Source: Octopus sinensis
Taxonomy: Eukaryota
Length of the DNA: 25,786 bases
Reading direction: 5' to 3'
Assembly (NCBI RefSeq): GCF_006345805.1
Contig: NW_021835676.1
Coordinates: 1-25,786, forward strand
Shown here one piece after another: positions 1 through 12,115 of this stretch (positions are counted from its first letter, which is position 1; each line of letters opens with the position of its first letter). A program made the position numbers and the translations under genes. A model generated the notes under the pieces. The model worked only from the letters and a program-made list of their open reading frames with translations, was not told where the DNA came from and ran no database searches.

Positions 1-99
1 AAAGAAGAAGAAGAAGACCACCACCACCACCACCACCACCACCAACAACAACAACAACGGCTAGAATCCAGAAAGTGGAATATTTTAGCAGGTTTGGAA

Positions 100-290
100 G
101 AGAAGAAAGTCTGAACTTTTAGATAAGAATCTTGATCGGAATGTGTGATCTTCTCTCGAAACTTTATATTTTTCCGTCTCCTCTGAACAGACTCGATTGT
201 TTATGCTGTGACACATTGTTTGGCTATTGTTGGCTGCCGTATTCTATAAATGATCTTTCTGTATTCCATAGATACACTTTGATTTCACTC
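100..290 (-). pseudogene. Degenerate CR1/L2/Jockey-type LINE ORF2 C-terminal fragment
   Basis: Minus-strand translation with frameshift gives KVYLWNTERSFIEYGSQQ*P...IESVQRRR, resembling the conserved LY...RP.LEY....W.P....LE.VQRRATK motif. Confidence 0.45.
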
Positions 291-779
291 TATTTTCTTG
301 TCACTAACCTACAAAAATTTACATAGAAATACACTGAAATACTAAGAGGTACGTTGATGTAACTAAATGGTGTATGTATATCTAGTGATTATAATTTCTT
401 TGATCAAATATTGAAGGAAGAAGTGGCACTAAATGACTTGGAATGAAATTCGTTTTGCTCGTTGTAGTGCAAGAATGGTCGTTTGGCCATGTTATTAATA
501 TTACGGCAGCATATAAGATAATTTCGATTGTATACTACAGAAATTCCAGAGGCACACAGTTCTAAACCTCTGTGCAGGGAACAATGACTCTCCGACTGTC
601 AAAAACAACAGTTAAATTTCCGTTAAATTAAACTCATTTGGAGTGAGAGATGAAAAATTTAGACAAAAAAAATACTGAATAAATGATAATATAATTATCA
701 CTGGAATGCTATTGTACGTAGGCAAACTCGATCACAGATGACCTCGAGCAAAGCAGCAACAACGACAGCATCAACGACA

Positions 780-1152
780 CGCGGTCGGAGGATCGCGGTT
801 TCAATTCCCAGACCGAGCGTTGTGTGTGTTTATTGAGCGAAAACACCTAAAGCTCCACGAGGCTCCGGCAGGGGGTGGTGGCGACCCCTGTTGTACTCTT
901 TCGCTCCAACTTTCTCTCTCACTCTTTCTTCCTGTTTCTTGTCCCCGACTTCCTACGCAACCGCTGAGCCAGGATGCGCATTCATCTATCCGTCGATGCT
1001 CTCTGTGTCAGGGGTTGACCTGCTTTCTCTTTCGCGGGTCTTACGAATAGCAAAGGACCACGTTTCGGACTTCTCCCGTCTTGCGATCTCTGGGACGAAG
1101 ACCGTTCGCTCAACAGCAGCAGCAGCAACAGCAGCATGAGCAACAGCATCAG
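780..1152 (+). mobile_element. 5'-truncated tRNA-derived SINE with (CAG/CAA)n tail and candidate 14-bp TSD
   Basis: B-box-like GGTTTCAATTCCC near 799-811; GC/CpG-rich body; cagcatcaaYgaca at 766-779 and 1153-1166. Confidence 0.6.
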
Positions 1153-1530
1153 CAGCATCAATGACAAACAGACCTCGTCAATAAATTTAAGAGAGCGCAG
1201 TTAAACATCACTAGTTACTCGACGATCGCGTTTTGGTAAGACATGATGAGAAAAATCTCAATCGACTGGGGTTCTTTGTTTGGAAATATTACGGAACTGA
1301 TTCATCTCATCTTTATAAAAATTGCAAGCTTTGTAAAGATGTGTATATTTGCACAAGCTTTGTGTAGGCTGGCTGCATCGTTCGTGTTCTATTCTTTAGT
1401 TTTGGAACTGTTTAGCATATGTGCGTGATGGTGGTAGGGTTGTCTTTAATGTCTAATGCTGCCGCTTGCTTCATACACACACACACATACACAAACACAC
1501 ACACATACATACATATATACATACACACAC

Positions 1531-1575
<45 letters not shown>

Positions 1576-1949
1576 GATATATATATATATATAATAAATA
1601 TTATATATACATGTATGTACACATGTATATGTATATACGCACACATCACAGACCAAAGCAAACTTCATTAAAATAACAGCTGACATTGTGGGTTAATTTC
1701 TTGACCATAATTTGATTGTCTACACTATTCACATTAGGAATTTCTTTCTATATACATACTTTATGTACACAATATACACACATTTACAAGCAGCCATAGA
1801 CAAATACACACGATCACAACCTTACATAGCATATATACTACACACACGCCTTTTCATTTACATTACACACACACATATATATATATAAATATGTATATAC
1901 ATACATCATAAAGATATACTTTTGTGGATGTGTATGTTATATGTATATA

Positions 1950-2036
<87 letters not shown>

Positions 2037-2670
2037 TGTATGTTGTATGTATGTATGTAAACGTATTTATATATATATGGTATTTTAATACTTATATATT
2101 CATATATGTTCGTCAGTATACATTAGCATACATATATATATAAATACACACACACCTGTGTGTGTAAACAAGTACCTCAATAGAATGCTCACGCGTACAC
2201 ATACACATACATATGTGCCTGTGTATGTATATGTATGCGTATAATATATATGTGTGCGGTGGGGAGGTGTGGGGCGGGTTATGTTTTAATGTAGGTACTA
2301 TAGAAAAGGTATTCAATATTTCTGTGTCCAATACTTCAAATAAAACCGTCTTCAACCTACATCACCTTTTATTTGTTTGAGAAGAAACAACGATGGAAAA
2401 TCTCTGTATAGTGTATATATATAATTTCTTCCTTCAATAAATAAAACTAGCCGCACCTACTTACTCTATCGCCTTTTCCGCACCAACATTCACATAGATT
2501 CTACAATAGAATTTTTTAAAAAACTGTTATTATAGGTTTCATAACAATATAACCGATATTGTAAACAAAAATAATGCTGAGTCATTGAGAGGAAACTCTG
2601 CGTAGTCGCTAGGCTGCTAGAAATGGCAACTAGATATATCTCAAATCAGAAACTGTGTTATCTTTTATAC

Positions 2671-2855
2671 CGTTTCTTTACTACCCACAAGGGGCTAAAC
2701 ACAGAAGGGACAAAGAAGGACAGACAAACGAATTACGTCGATTATATCGACCCCAGTGCGTAACTGGTACTTTATTTATCGATCCCGAAAGGATGAAAGG
2801 CAAAGTCGACCTCGGCGGGATTTGAACTCAGAACGTAACAGCAGACGAAATACGG
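2671..2855 (-). mobile_element. 5'-truncated tRNA-derived SINE with perfect 18-bp TSD
   Basis: B-box GTTCAAATCCC on the minus strand (about 2817-2827); ctgtgttatcttttatac at 2653-2670 and 2856-2873; homologous to 3074-3228 and 21789-21946. Confidence 0.8.
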
Positions 2856-3073
2856 CTGTGTTATCTTTTATACGTAAACTGCCACCTCGTACCACAGGTG
2901 GTTTAGCGTGATCTTCACACATCCGCCATATGATTCATCGTTCGGTTCATTTTCATAATTTAAAGAAATAATTTAAACTGTATCTTTGACATAGTTTCGA
3001 GCATATTTAAATAACATGACGGCTAAATATTAATGTTATATTATGAAATATTGTAAAGATCTCTGCCAAAAGA

Positions 3074-3228
3074 TAGAGGGGACAAACAAGGACAGACAAA
3101 GGGATTAAATCGATTACATCGAGCCCAGTGCGTAACTGGTACCTATTTAATCGACTCCGCAAGGATGAAAAGATAAGTTAGCATCAGCGGAAATTGAACT
3201 CATAATGTAACGGCAGAAGAAATACCGC
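3074..3228 (-). mobile_element. Second, more diverged copy of the same SINE family
   Basis: Colinear with 2700-2855 (cccagtgcgtaactggtac, ggatgaaag, ttgaactca). Confidence 0.75.
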
Positions 3229-3430
3229 TGAGAATTTCACCCAGCGAAAAACAAAGAAAACCCCACGAAACAAAACTCTGTTGCTGGGAAACTCAGGCGG
3301 GTAGTCTACTCTATATATGTATGTATATATGTGTGTATGTATATATGTATGTATGTATGTATGTGATGTAGTATGTATGTATGTATGTATGTATGTATGT
3401 ATGTATGTATGTATGTATGTATGTATGTAT

Positions 3431-3653
3431 GGTCTTTCAGTATGTGACCTCGTCTGTACCACTGGCGATTTTTTTCCTCTGCCTTCCCTTCTCGGGATCT
3501 TTCCTTGTCCTATGTTTCCGACGAAGAGCTCCGCTCGAAACGTTAAACCCTCCTTCTCCCCTTCTTTCCTGAGCGTCCAATAATACTTTATTTGTTCCAC
3601 GTCCTTGCGTTGTTGTGTTTTGTTTTGTTTTTGTTTTTTTATTTGGATTAACT
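3431..3653 (+). mobile_element. Penelope-like terminal-repeat fragment, copy 1; hammerhead at 3514-3548 with U4>C (CCGACGA)
   Basis: GUUU-CCGACGA-A-GAGC(UCC)GCUC-GAAACGUU-AAAC; aligns with copies 2 and 3; flanked by (TATG)n. Confidence 0.7.
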
Positions 3654-4110
3654 ATGTATGTATGTATGCATGTGAATGTATGGGTGCGTGCGTGTGTACA
3701 TGTGTGTATTTTCTACATTCTCAAATATGTCCTTTCTTTTTCCTTAGAGTAGTGACTAATTTAAGAGAATTTTCCTGCAAACCCTGAACACAGAAAGGCT
3801 TGCTCATTCAACAGAGTTCATCAGAATAATTTTCTTACATACTGTGTATAATTAAGAAAATTAAACGGATTTAAGAACGTTTTAACATTATGAACTCTCA
3901 AGGATAATTGCAAATTGACAAAGAGAGTTGAATGCAGCTAAGCAATTGGACGTTGAAGAATAGTCTGCAAGGTTGCTACCGATAGGGGATTTAGAATTGA
4001 TTTAGATAAAACCCTCTTTAATTCCACGCCGATATTCCCTTAGCACGAACACGTCTCATTATATATTTTATAGTCCCAGTTCACTTGCAAGATTATAATT
4101 ATATCCTGGT

Positions 4111-4112
<2 letters not shown>

Positions 4113-4199
<87 letters not shown>

Positions 4200-4240
4200 A
4201 TCTATCTATCTGTCTGTCGTCTGTCTGTCTGTCTGTCTGC
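4113..4240. repeat. (TCTA)n/(TCTG)n microsatellite; similar tracts at about 9153-9250, 13085-13175, 16472-16605, 16920-17008, 19815-19932, 23230-23540 and 25572-25770
   Basis: Direct inspection. Confidence 0.95.
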
Positions 4241-4424
4241 CTGTGTATCTACGTTTATATGTGTGTGTATGTGTATGTAGATACGGAGACTGCGTTTAGA
4301 TATGTAGAAGTTGCTAGTTTCTGTGTGGTAAAAGAAAATTGTACTTACCCCATACATACATACATACATACATACATACATACATACATACACAAACACA
4401 GAGGCACGCTCTCACACACACACA

Positions 4425-4468
<44 letters not shown>

Positions 4469-4720
4469 CACACACACACATATATATATACACACACAAA
4501 AAGCGCAAGTTTGTTCTGATGATGCGTTGGTCGACCGTACAGTCTGTTGCCACACGGCAACAGATTGGAAGCTGATCAGATTGTCCTCGCTAGAGATCAG
4601 CATAAGTTTCTTTGAACAGTTTTTAGCTGGTATTCCACATCATGAACAGACTTTTATGTATGTAAGCATACGTTTTATTATATATGTAAGTGTGTATGTG
4701 AATGCAGATTTGTGGGCGGA

Positions 4721-4751
<31 letters not shown>

Positions 4752-4966
4752 GAAATTATTAGAGATAAAACCACTATTAAGCAACTCAAACAGTGATAGA
4801 CATAAACCAATACATAAATAACAAAAATATATAAATATAATTAATATATATTATATATTTTATTTACGTATTGTTTATGTCTATCACTGTTTGAGTTGCC
4901 TATTAGTGGTTTTATCACTATTTAATTTATATTTATACTGTCAAAGTTTGGAGCCATACTCCCTAA

Positions 4967-5035
<69 letters not shown>

Positions 5036-5055
5036 AATATATATATATATATAGG

Positions 5056-5436
5056 GCCGGTTCATAGGATTACCCCGGGTTTCAAGTTCATAAGGCGCTT
5101 AGTTTTACAGCGTATCGTCATATCACAAACCTGTTGGCTTATAGCTTAATCTAGCAGGTCACCTCACCCAGAACGGTGATCTTCGGACCATGCTTCCACT
5201 TCAGGTAATTCCTGCTGGCCTACTGCTAGCCACACAATAACGGTCATTTATGATTGACAGCCAAATGGCGACAATCACCTTTCGTTGACATCGAATAACG
5301 AAGTCTGTTACTCCTCCATTTTGTAGAGAAGCCACTTGCTAGAGAGGCCATGAGTCAACAGGTTTGGGATCTGACGATAGGCTGTAAAGCTAGGCGCGTT
5401 ATGGACGTGAAATCCAAGATAGTCCCATTAGCCGGC
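5056..5436. repeat. Long imperfect inverted repeat (fold-back / old MITE-like element) with ~110-nt arms and a branched centre
   Basis: 5056-5166 aligns to the reverse complement of about 5328-5436 with 25 substitutions and 1 indel by hand count. Weaker pairing continues inward (CGGAC/GUCUG). Left flank is (TA)n. Confidence 0.85.
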
Positions 5437-5776
5437 GTTATCTATATAAGTTAGTTAAAATAAGTTTGTGACATGTTATAATTGCTAAGAAGCAGATTCA
5501 CTATAGTTACCGCAGACAAAATTTTCTCCTATGGTGAAAAGGTGTAAAGATACCATATCCGTCCAGCGCCGCCATCGATTAGTATTCCCAGGCATCGGCG
5601 TTTCTAGTTCCTTAATCCTGGGGACTGAACAGCGAAATAAGATTTACTATGTTTTACAATTCTCAATAGCAGACACTACGTCAAAATGTGTGAAGCATTT
5701 TCGAAACACGCATGGATCCTACAGATGATTATTTTCCTCGACGGCCAGATATGCATATGTAGAAACGCGCATATAT

Positions 5777-5821
<45 letters not shown>

Positions 5822-5839
5822 CACACACACATACACACA

Positions 5840-5877
<38 letters not shown>

Positions 5878-6884
5878 CAAACACACACACACACAAACGC
5901 ACAGACACATGCAACATATATATAAATGTTACATTAATACGCTATTGCGTTCGATTTTTTATCTTTATATTCTATATGCAATATTTTTAATACAGTATTT
6001 GGCAGCTATTTTGGAATAATAAAGTTCCTAAATCCACATGCATTGCAATAAATATATATGTGTGTGTGCCTGTGTGTGTGTTTGTGTGGTATGTCTCTGA
6101 TGTATATACTTATATACGTATATATATATATGTATATATATATATAAATATATATGTATATTGTTATATATGTATGACTATGTATGTCTCTGCATACATA
6201 CATACACACACACACACACACATATATATTATATATATATACATACCTATACAGTTTTATTTATTACGTATATAAGAATGTCTACATATACACACATGCG
6301 CGAGCACACACTCACACACATATCGTGTGTGACTGTGTATATGTGTGAGTGTATGTGTTCTGTGTTTGCATGTGAGCTTCCATCCCAAATCCATGATGTA
6401 TGGTGGCCATAAGTGAGTAGCAATTGTGTGTTTTATTAAGCTGATAACATGAGGGTGACAATCTCTTTTCTGGATACAGCTGACAGCTGACTTTATTGTG
6501 AGAAGCTCTTCCGATCTCTGACAGATTTTATATTTAACCTCGTTGGGTTGTCTACGCAAATTCCCAAACCAGAAAATCGGAAAGGATGGAGTTAGACCAT
6601 AAATATACACATATACACACCAGTATACGCATACATATAATACATAGATATGTTTCTCTCTCACTCTGTCTTTGTTCCTACACACACACACACACAAGCA
6701 CAAACACACACACACACACACACACACATATTTTAATATTTCTATTATGTATATATAATATACCATACCTATTCTATTATATATATATATATATAATATA
6801 TATATAATATATTGTCAGTAAATCATAAATCCGAAAGAGAGCAGCAGCACCAGCCTTATAGAGAGCAGAATGTAACTAACATTC

Positions 6885-7410
6885 TCTAAATATAGATATA
6901 CGAGCTGAATGACCCGGCGTTGCCCGCGTTACTCCTGTTCTTATTGAGATTAGTAAACAATAAATATAAAGATTTAGTCTCATAATTATTTTACAATATG
7001 TATATTTTGTTAAAAACTATCCAAACTGTAATGATAATAGAATTTAGAACTGAGAATATTTCCAAAAGAGTTATTCCGGCGTCGGAAAGTCACCAGTTCA
7101 GCAAAAATTACTATGCGTCACCAGTGTAACGAAGTACAGAAAGTCAACACTTATCTGGAACATGTTATAAAATTCAGGATTGAATGTGACGGTGAAGAAA
7201 GACAAGCTCCAAGAAAATTCAAAATGTATAATTCAATTTTTCATACAAAAATCAATTATTATTTTACAATTTTTAAACGAATGCCGAACAAAGTGTGTAC
7301 GAAAGAATATGTTACTGTTGAGAACGTTAATTAATTTAAAACCATTGCTGGAGGATGTATGTAGCTAGATATAAATTAATTTGACATCACTCGCTATATA
7401 TTTTATCTGT
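6885..7410 (+). mobile_element. Possible non-autonomous Helitron/Helentron-like element
   Basis: Begins ...gagctgaatgacccggcgttgcccgcg, a 5' palindromic motif I recall from Helitron-associated non-autonomous elements. No convincing 3' CTRR end or helicase motif. Confidence 0.3.
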
Positions 7411-8154
7411 GTGAGGATATATGCTGTACAATAGATACTGACTAACGCAGTAAAATGTTTGTGCGGTATTGAGCACTCCTACTGATAAAGCAGTCTAGCC
7501 GGAATATGATAGGGACGCTAGGACTGTAAAAAAAGGCGTTATCTTCAAACTGGTTATTATAATTATATTGAAAGAGCCGCTAAGGCTTTCTACATCGCAG
7601 AGTTTCCGAATATCTTATAATAACCAGAATAACATTTTTTTTTTCAGATATATTTGCAAGTGTTTTGAGTAGTGTCAAATCAACCAAATGTTCATGTTGG
7701 TTATAAAAGCCAGAATAATATTTCAGCACATAAGTAGTTGTTAATGCTGTTTAAATCCCAACTCCCCATGATGAAAAGGAAAATTCAAACAGTGAACGCC
7801 GTTCTTTATTCAACGTCCCGGCCGCAACTAAACTCTTTCAAAATCGGTGCATCACTGTTTGGGCGGTACAGTCACATACGTATACTAAGACAGACACACA
7901 CAGACATACACACTCATACATAGAGAAAAATGTGACATGGTGGTGGTGGCATAAAAATATCGTTTACGATAGGTGACTCATAGAATGATCATAATGTAAA
8001 ATTTTTAATGCAAGTATGTAAATGAAAAAAAAGTTCATTTGGTAGCCGAAAGATTACTCATACATCGAAATCGGAAACTCAGTATTCCAACCAATGAGGA
8101 ATACAAACACACAAACACACACAAACTCTCTTATATATATATACATATATATAT

Positions 8155-8470
8155 GCACCCTGTCGGTACGACGACGAGGGTCCCAGCTGATACGATCAAC
8201 GGAACAGTTTGCTCGTGAAATTAACGTGGAAGTGGCTGAGTACTCCACAGACACGTGTACCTTTAACGTAGTTCCCAGGGAGATTCAGTATGGCACAGAA
8301 TGTGGCAAGGCTGGCCCTTTTGAAATACAGGTACTACTCATGTTTGACATCTGAGTGGACTGGAACAACGTGAAAACAAAGTGTCTTGCTCAAGAGCACA
8401 ACGCGTCACCGGGAATTGAACTTACGACCTTACGATCATGAGCCGAATGCCCTAACCACTAAGCCACGCA
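8155..8470 (-). mobile_element. tRNA-derived SINE, near full length
   Basis: Minus-strand head GCGTGGCTTAGTGGTTAGGGCATTCGGCTCATGATCGTAAGGTCGTAAGTTCAATTCCCGG (A and B boxes), then a CORE/V-like segment ttgagcaagacact. Confidence 0.8.
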
Positions 8471-9108
8471 TATGTATGTATATATGATTATATATATGTG
8501 CGTTTGCGTGTGTGTATATTGATTGTTTTGCGTATATAGAAAAAAATTGTACATATATGGATATAGTTATTTATATAAATATATACATGTTCACACATAT
8601 ATACAAGTAAATACACAGATATGCACACATATATGTACATGTAAATAAACAAGCACACTCACACACACACTACACATCCACATAAAAAAAACACTCGTAC
8701 AAACGTAAGCCAACGACGAACACCATGTCAAATTTCCATTGAACAGAACTGTGTCAATTTACATAGACGTTATCAGATTTTACTGTCAAGAACAACTTCA
8801 CAGCAAACATGTATATTTTCTTCTCTTCGCCACTTGCAGCCCGTTTTGTTTCCCTTATTCTTCTCGCTCGACTTTCTTCGTTTTGCTCTTTCTTATTTCT
8901 TCTTGGCTTGTTTCCAAACATAAGACTTGGAGTGTCACATAAGTCAGATGTATATTTAATGTCGCTTAGAAGTTAATTAATTAGCAATAAAACAAGAAAC
9001 TCAGGTTGTTCATGGATATATATTCATGTGTAATTAAGTTACGTTTTGCTTTCGAGGACAACAAAGCAACTACGCAAATTCATTATTATTGTTCGGCACA
9101 AGTTTCGC

Positions 9109-9157
9109 GATAAATTATCAAAGGAAACAAGAGTCTGAAATACATATGCATACGTCT
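9109..9157 (+). repeat. 49-nt dispersed repeat leading into a (TCTG/TCTA)n tract; second copy at 25526-25574
   Basis: 46/49 identity by hand alignment; both copies are followed immediately by tetranucleotide repeats. Confidence 0.75.
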
Positions 9158-9178
9158 GTCTGTCTGTCTGTCTGTCTA

Positions 9179-9209
<31 letters not shown>

Positions 9210-9319
9210 GTCTGTCTGTCTGCCTGTCTCTATCTGTCTCTGTCTGTCTGTGTTTATCTTGGTGTTCTTCCATTCGCTGTACTTATATCTAATATAAAAA
9301 TATCAAAGTATTAAGTGCT

Positions 9320-9432
9320 CAAAACAACAACAACCAACACTACTAACTATTACTACTACACTACTACCTACTACTACTACTACTACTTACTACTCTACTA
9401 CTACACTCTACTACTACTACTACTACTGACCA

Positions 9433-9474
<42 letters not shown>

Positions 9475-9492
9475 TAATAATAATAATTAATA

Positions 9493-9526
<34 letters not shown>

Positions 9527-9837
9527 TGATAATAATAATAATAATAATAATAATAGATAGTAATAATAATAATAATAATAATCATAATATAACTATAATA
9601 ATAATAGTAATAATAATATAATAATAATAATATAGTAATGTAATAATACTATAATAATAATAATAATAAATAATAATAATAATAATAATAGTAATAATCG
9701 TAATAATAATAAATAATAATAATATAATATAATAATAATAAGAATAATAATAATAATAATAATAGTATAATAATATAATAATAATAATAATAATAGTAAT
9801 AATAATAATAATAGTAATAATAATAATAATAATAATA

Positions 9838-9883
<46 letters not shown>

Positions 9884-9892
9884 TAATAATAA
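9320..9892. repeat. Compound (CTA)n then very long degenerate (TAA)n microsatellite
   Basis: Direct inspection. Confidence 0.95.
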
Positions 9893-10245
9893 GACTTACA
9901 GTTTTTTCAATAATCGTTATTGGTCAATTACTGAAATATGTCTGCCCGACAGAAAAATAAGAAAACTGTTGACAATGCATATGCCACCACCCTGAGGCAG
10001 ATACAGAACAACTTTATCTGCCAAGAAAGGCGGAGGCCGGTCTTTACAACTGGCAATAACAATGAAGATTGCTACAATTGGCCTAGACACCTACCTGAAA
10101 ACTTCTGAGGACTGGATGTTAAAACTTGCCTCAAAACATGAACAGAAAGCATCATACTCAGTAACAAAACAGGCAAGGAATATCTAAGTGAATTCCGAAT
10201 ACAACAAATTTCGGAATTAGAGATAGCCATACAAGAAACAAGCAC
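9893..10245 (+). pseudogene. R4/Dong-clade (RLE-type) non-LTR retrotransposon ORF fragment, frameshifted
   Basis: Joined frames give WSITEI..DRKIRKLLTMH..HHP.ADTEQLYLPRK.GGR.LLQL..., matching the post-RT W...LDRKTRKLLT....HPKAD..RLY..R..GGRGL motif. Confidence 0.8.
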
Positions 10246-10384
10246 TGTACGTGTGTGTGTGTGTGTGTTGTGGTGTGTTTTTGTTCATGTGTATAAGACG
10301 TGACTGTATAACTGTGTATCGCAAATTCTTTCCCAGACTATATATGTTACAAACACACACACATATGTATATATGTATATATAT

Positions 10385-10577
10385 ATGTGACCGCGTGTGT
10401 ACCGTTGGCGATTTTCTTTTCCTCTGTCTTCCCTTCTCTGGATCTTTCCTTCTCCTATGTTCGAAACGTTAAACCCTCCTTCTTCCCTTCTTTCCTGAGC
10501 GTCCAATAATACTATATTTCTCCCACATCCTCGTGTTGTTGTGTTTTCTCTTTGTGTTTTCATGTTGGATTAACTTT
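10385..10577 (+). mobile_element. Penelope-like terminal-repeat fragment, copy 2; 19-nt deletion removes the hammerhead core
   Basis: tatgtt|cgaaacgttaaaccc versus tatgtt-tccgacgaagagctccgct-cgaaacgttaaaccc in copy 1; remainder colinear. Confidence 0.7.
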
Positions 10578-10610
10578 ATATATATATATAGATATATATA
10601 TGCATATATA

Positions 10611-10946
10611 AAGGGTAAAGACCCCCCCTTCGGTCATGAGTGACCATGGGTTTGCACCTAGAGAGTTACCCTCTGAGGCACAAGTCTGGGCAAGGTTGTT
10701 TATGGAAGACCAGTAGTCACCCATGCATACCGGCCTCCCTCTCCACGCCACCAGTGTTATCCAAGGAAAGACAAAGTCGATACAGCTTGGCACTTGTGAC
10801 GGTCGCAACTCATTCTACAGCTGAGTGAACTGGAGCAACGTGAAATAAAGTGTCTTGTCAAGAACACACACGCAGCCCGGTCCGGATTCGAGCTCAACAC
10901 CTCACGATCGTAAGCTCGACGCTATGACCACTGAGCCATGCGCCCT
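10611..10946 (-). mobile_element. tRNA-derived SINE, full length
   Basis: Minus-strand head GCGCATGGCTCAGTGGTCATAGCGTCGAGCTTACGATCGTGAGGTGTTGAGCTCGAATCCGG; homologous to 12116-12412. Confidence 0.8.
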
Positions 10947-11080
10947 CACATGGCCATGCATATATACATATATATATAATTACATATATGTAATATATAT
11001 GAATCTGTATATATATGCATATATATATACATACACATATATATTATATATATATATATATATATAGATTATAATATATT

Positions 11081-11143
<63 letters not shown>

Positions 11144-12115
11144 CTATATATAGTGGTATGTAATAAAACATCACTTCGAAAAAATTGCATTATTCTAGCT
11201 CTTTCTAGAATAGCCATACGCGTAGATCTTGAATATTGAGTGAGGATTCCATAAGTTAAGATTCCTGGAATACTTGGTTATACGGACTCCTAAAGCAACA
11301 TCACGATCCACATGGTTGCCTATTCTAGAAATAGGCAGAGCGACTTAGTCTCTATCTACATTAAATGTTTATGATGCCAATTATTTTGCTTTAAACTTAT
11401 TCCTTTATTATCTTCCTCCATCTATCTGTGTGTATGTGCGTTTAAGTTTGTGTGCGTGTATATATGATAGATATATATATAGTATTATATATATATTATA
11501 TATTTACATATTGTGTGTGTGTATATATGTGTATATATGTGTTTATATATATAATATATATATATATATAATATATATATATTATATATATATAAGCATT
11601 TGTAATGCTTTTACATATACATATAAGCACTTATGCATTGGTATATATATTTATAATGTGAATATGCATATGAATGTGGTAAACATATATATTTAAATAG
11701 ACTGGTTTATGTATCTGTATATATTTTGCTATCGTTACACACACATACACAGACGTACACACACACACTCACACACGCACACACACACAAACACACACAC
11801 ATGCTCACACACTCATACTCACCAACTTTCAAAACTAAGAATTCTTGAAGACGCAATGGGGCCTCATTGTTGGTTCATAACAGCTGACAAATTCCGTTTG
11901 TCATGGAATATTTGAGTACGTTCTAGAAATGACAGTTAAATTCATTAAGAACTTACACCAAGAAGTATGTTTGCTGACAATAACAAATGTGTGGCTGTTT
12001 TCAATGAAAGGAATCTTCTAGAAAAATGACGTGACTAATTAGACAAGTTGGTAGAACACAATCCTCAGACAGGTACAAGTATACATTCGTATCTATTTAT
12101 CTAATCTGTGTCAGT

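Noticed and set aside
3790-3840. Minus-strand CUGAUGA (3824-3818) followed by a CUC/GAG stem
   Set aside because: Followed by CAAG rather than GAAA, and no stem I or III.
4571-4610. HDV-like ribozyme (P1 GCUGAUC/GAUCAGC with UCCUCGCU L3 in the correct 3' spacing)
   Set aside because: Only 6 nt between P1 and L3 leaves no room for P2, P3 pairs poorly, and there is no GG for P1.1 after P1'.
5565-5624. H-type pseudoknot AGCGCCG/CGGCGUU crossing UUCCCAGG/CCUGGGGA
   Set aside because: No ribozyme core or P3/L3; pairings of this length with G.U are expected by chance in a window this size.
7113-7334. 73-aa ORF MRHQCNEVQK...
   Set aside because: No recognisable domain, no Helitron helicase motif, and no splice signals.
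8251-8330. Exon-like block (ccacAG ... cag|GTAC)
   Set aside because: It lies inside the body of a SINE and has no recognisable protein similarity.
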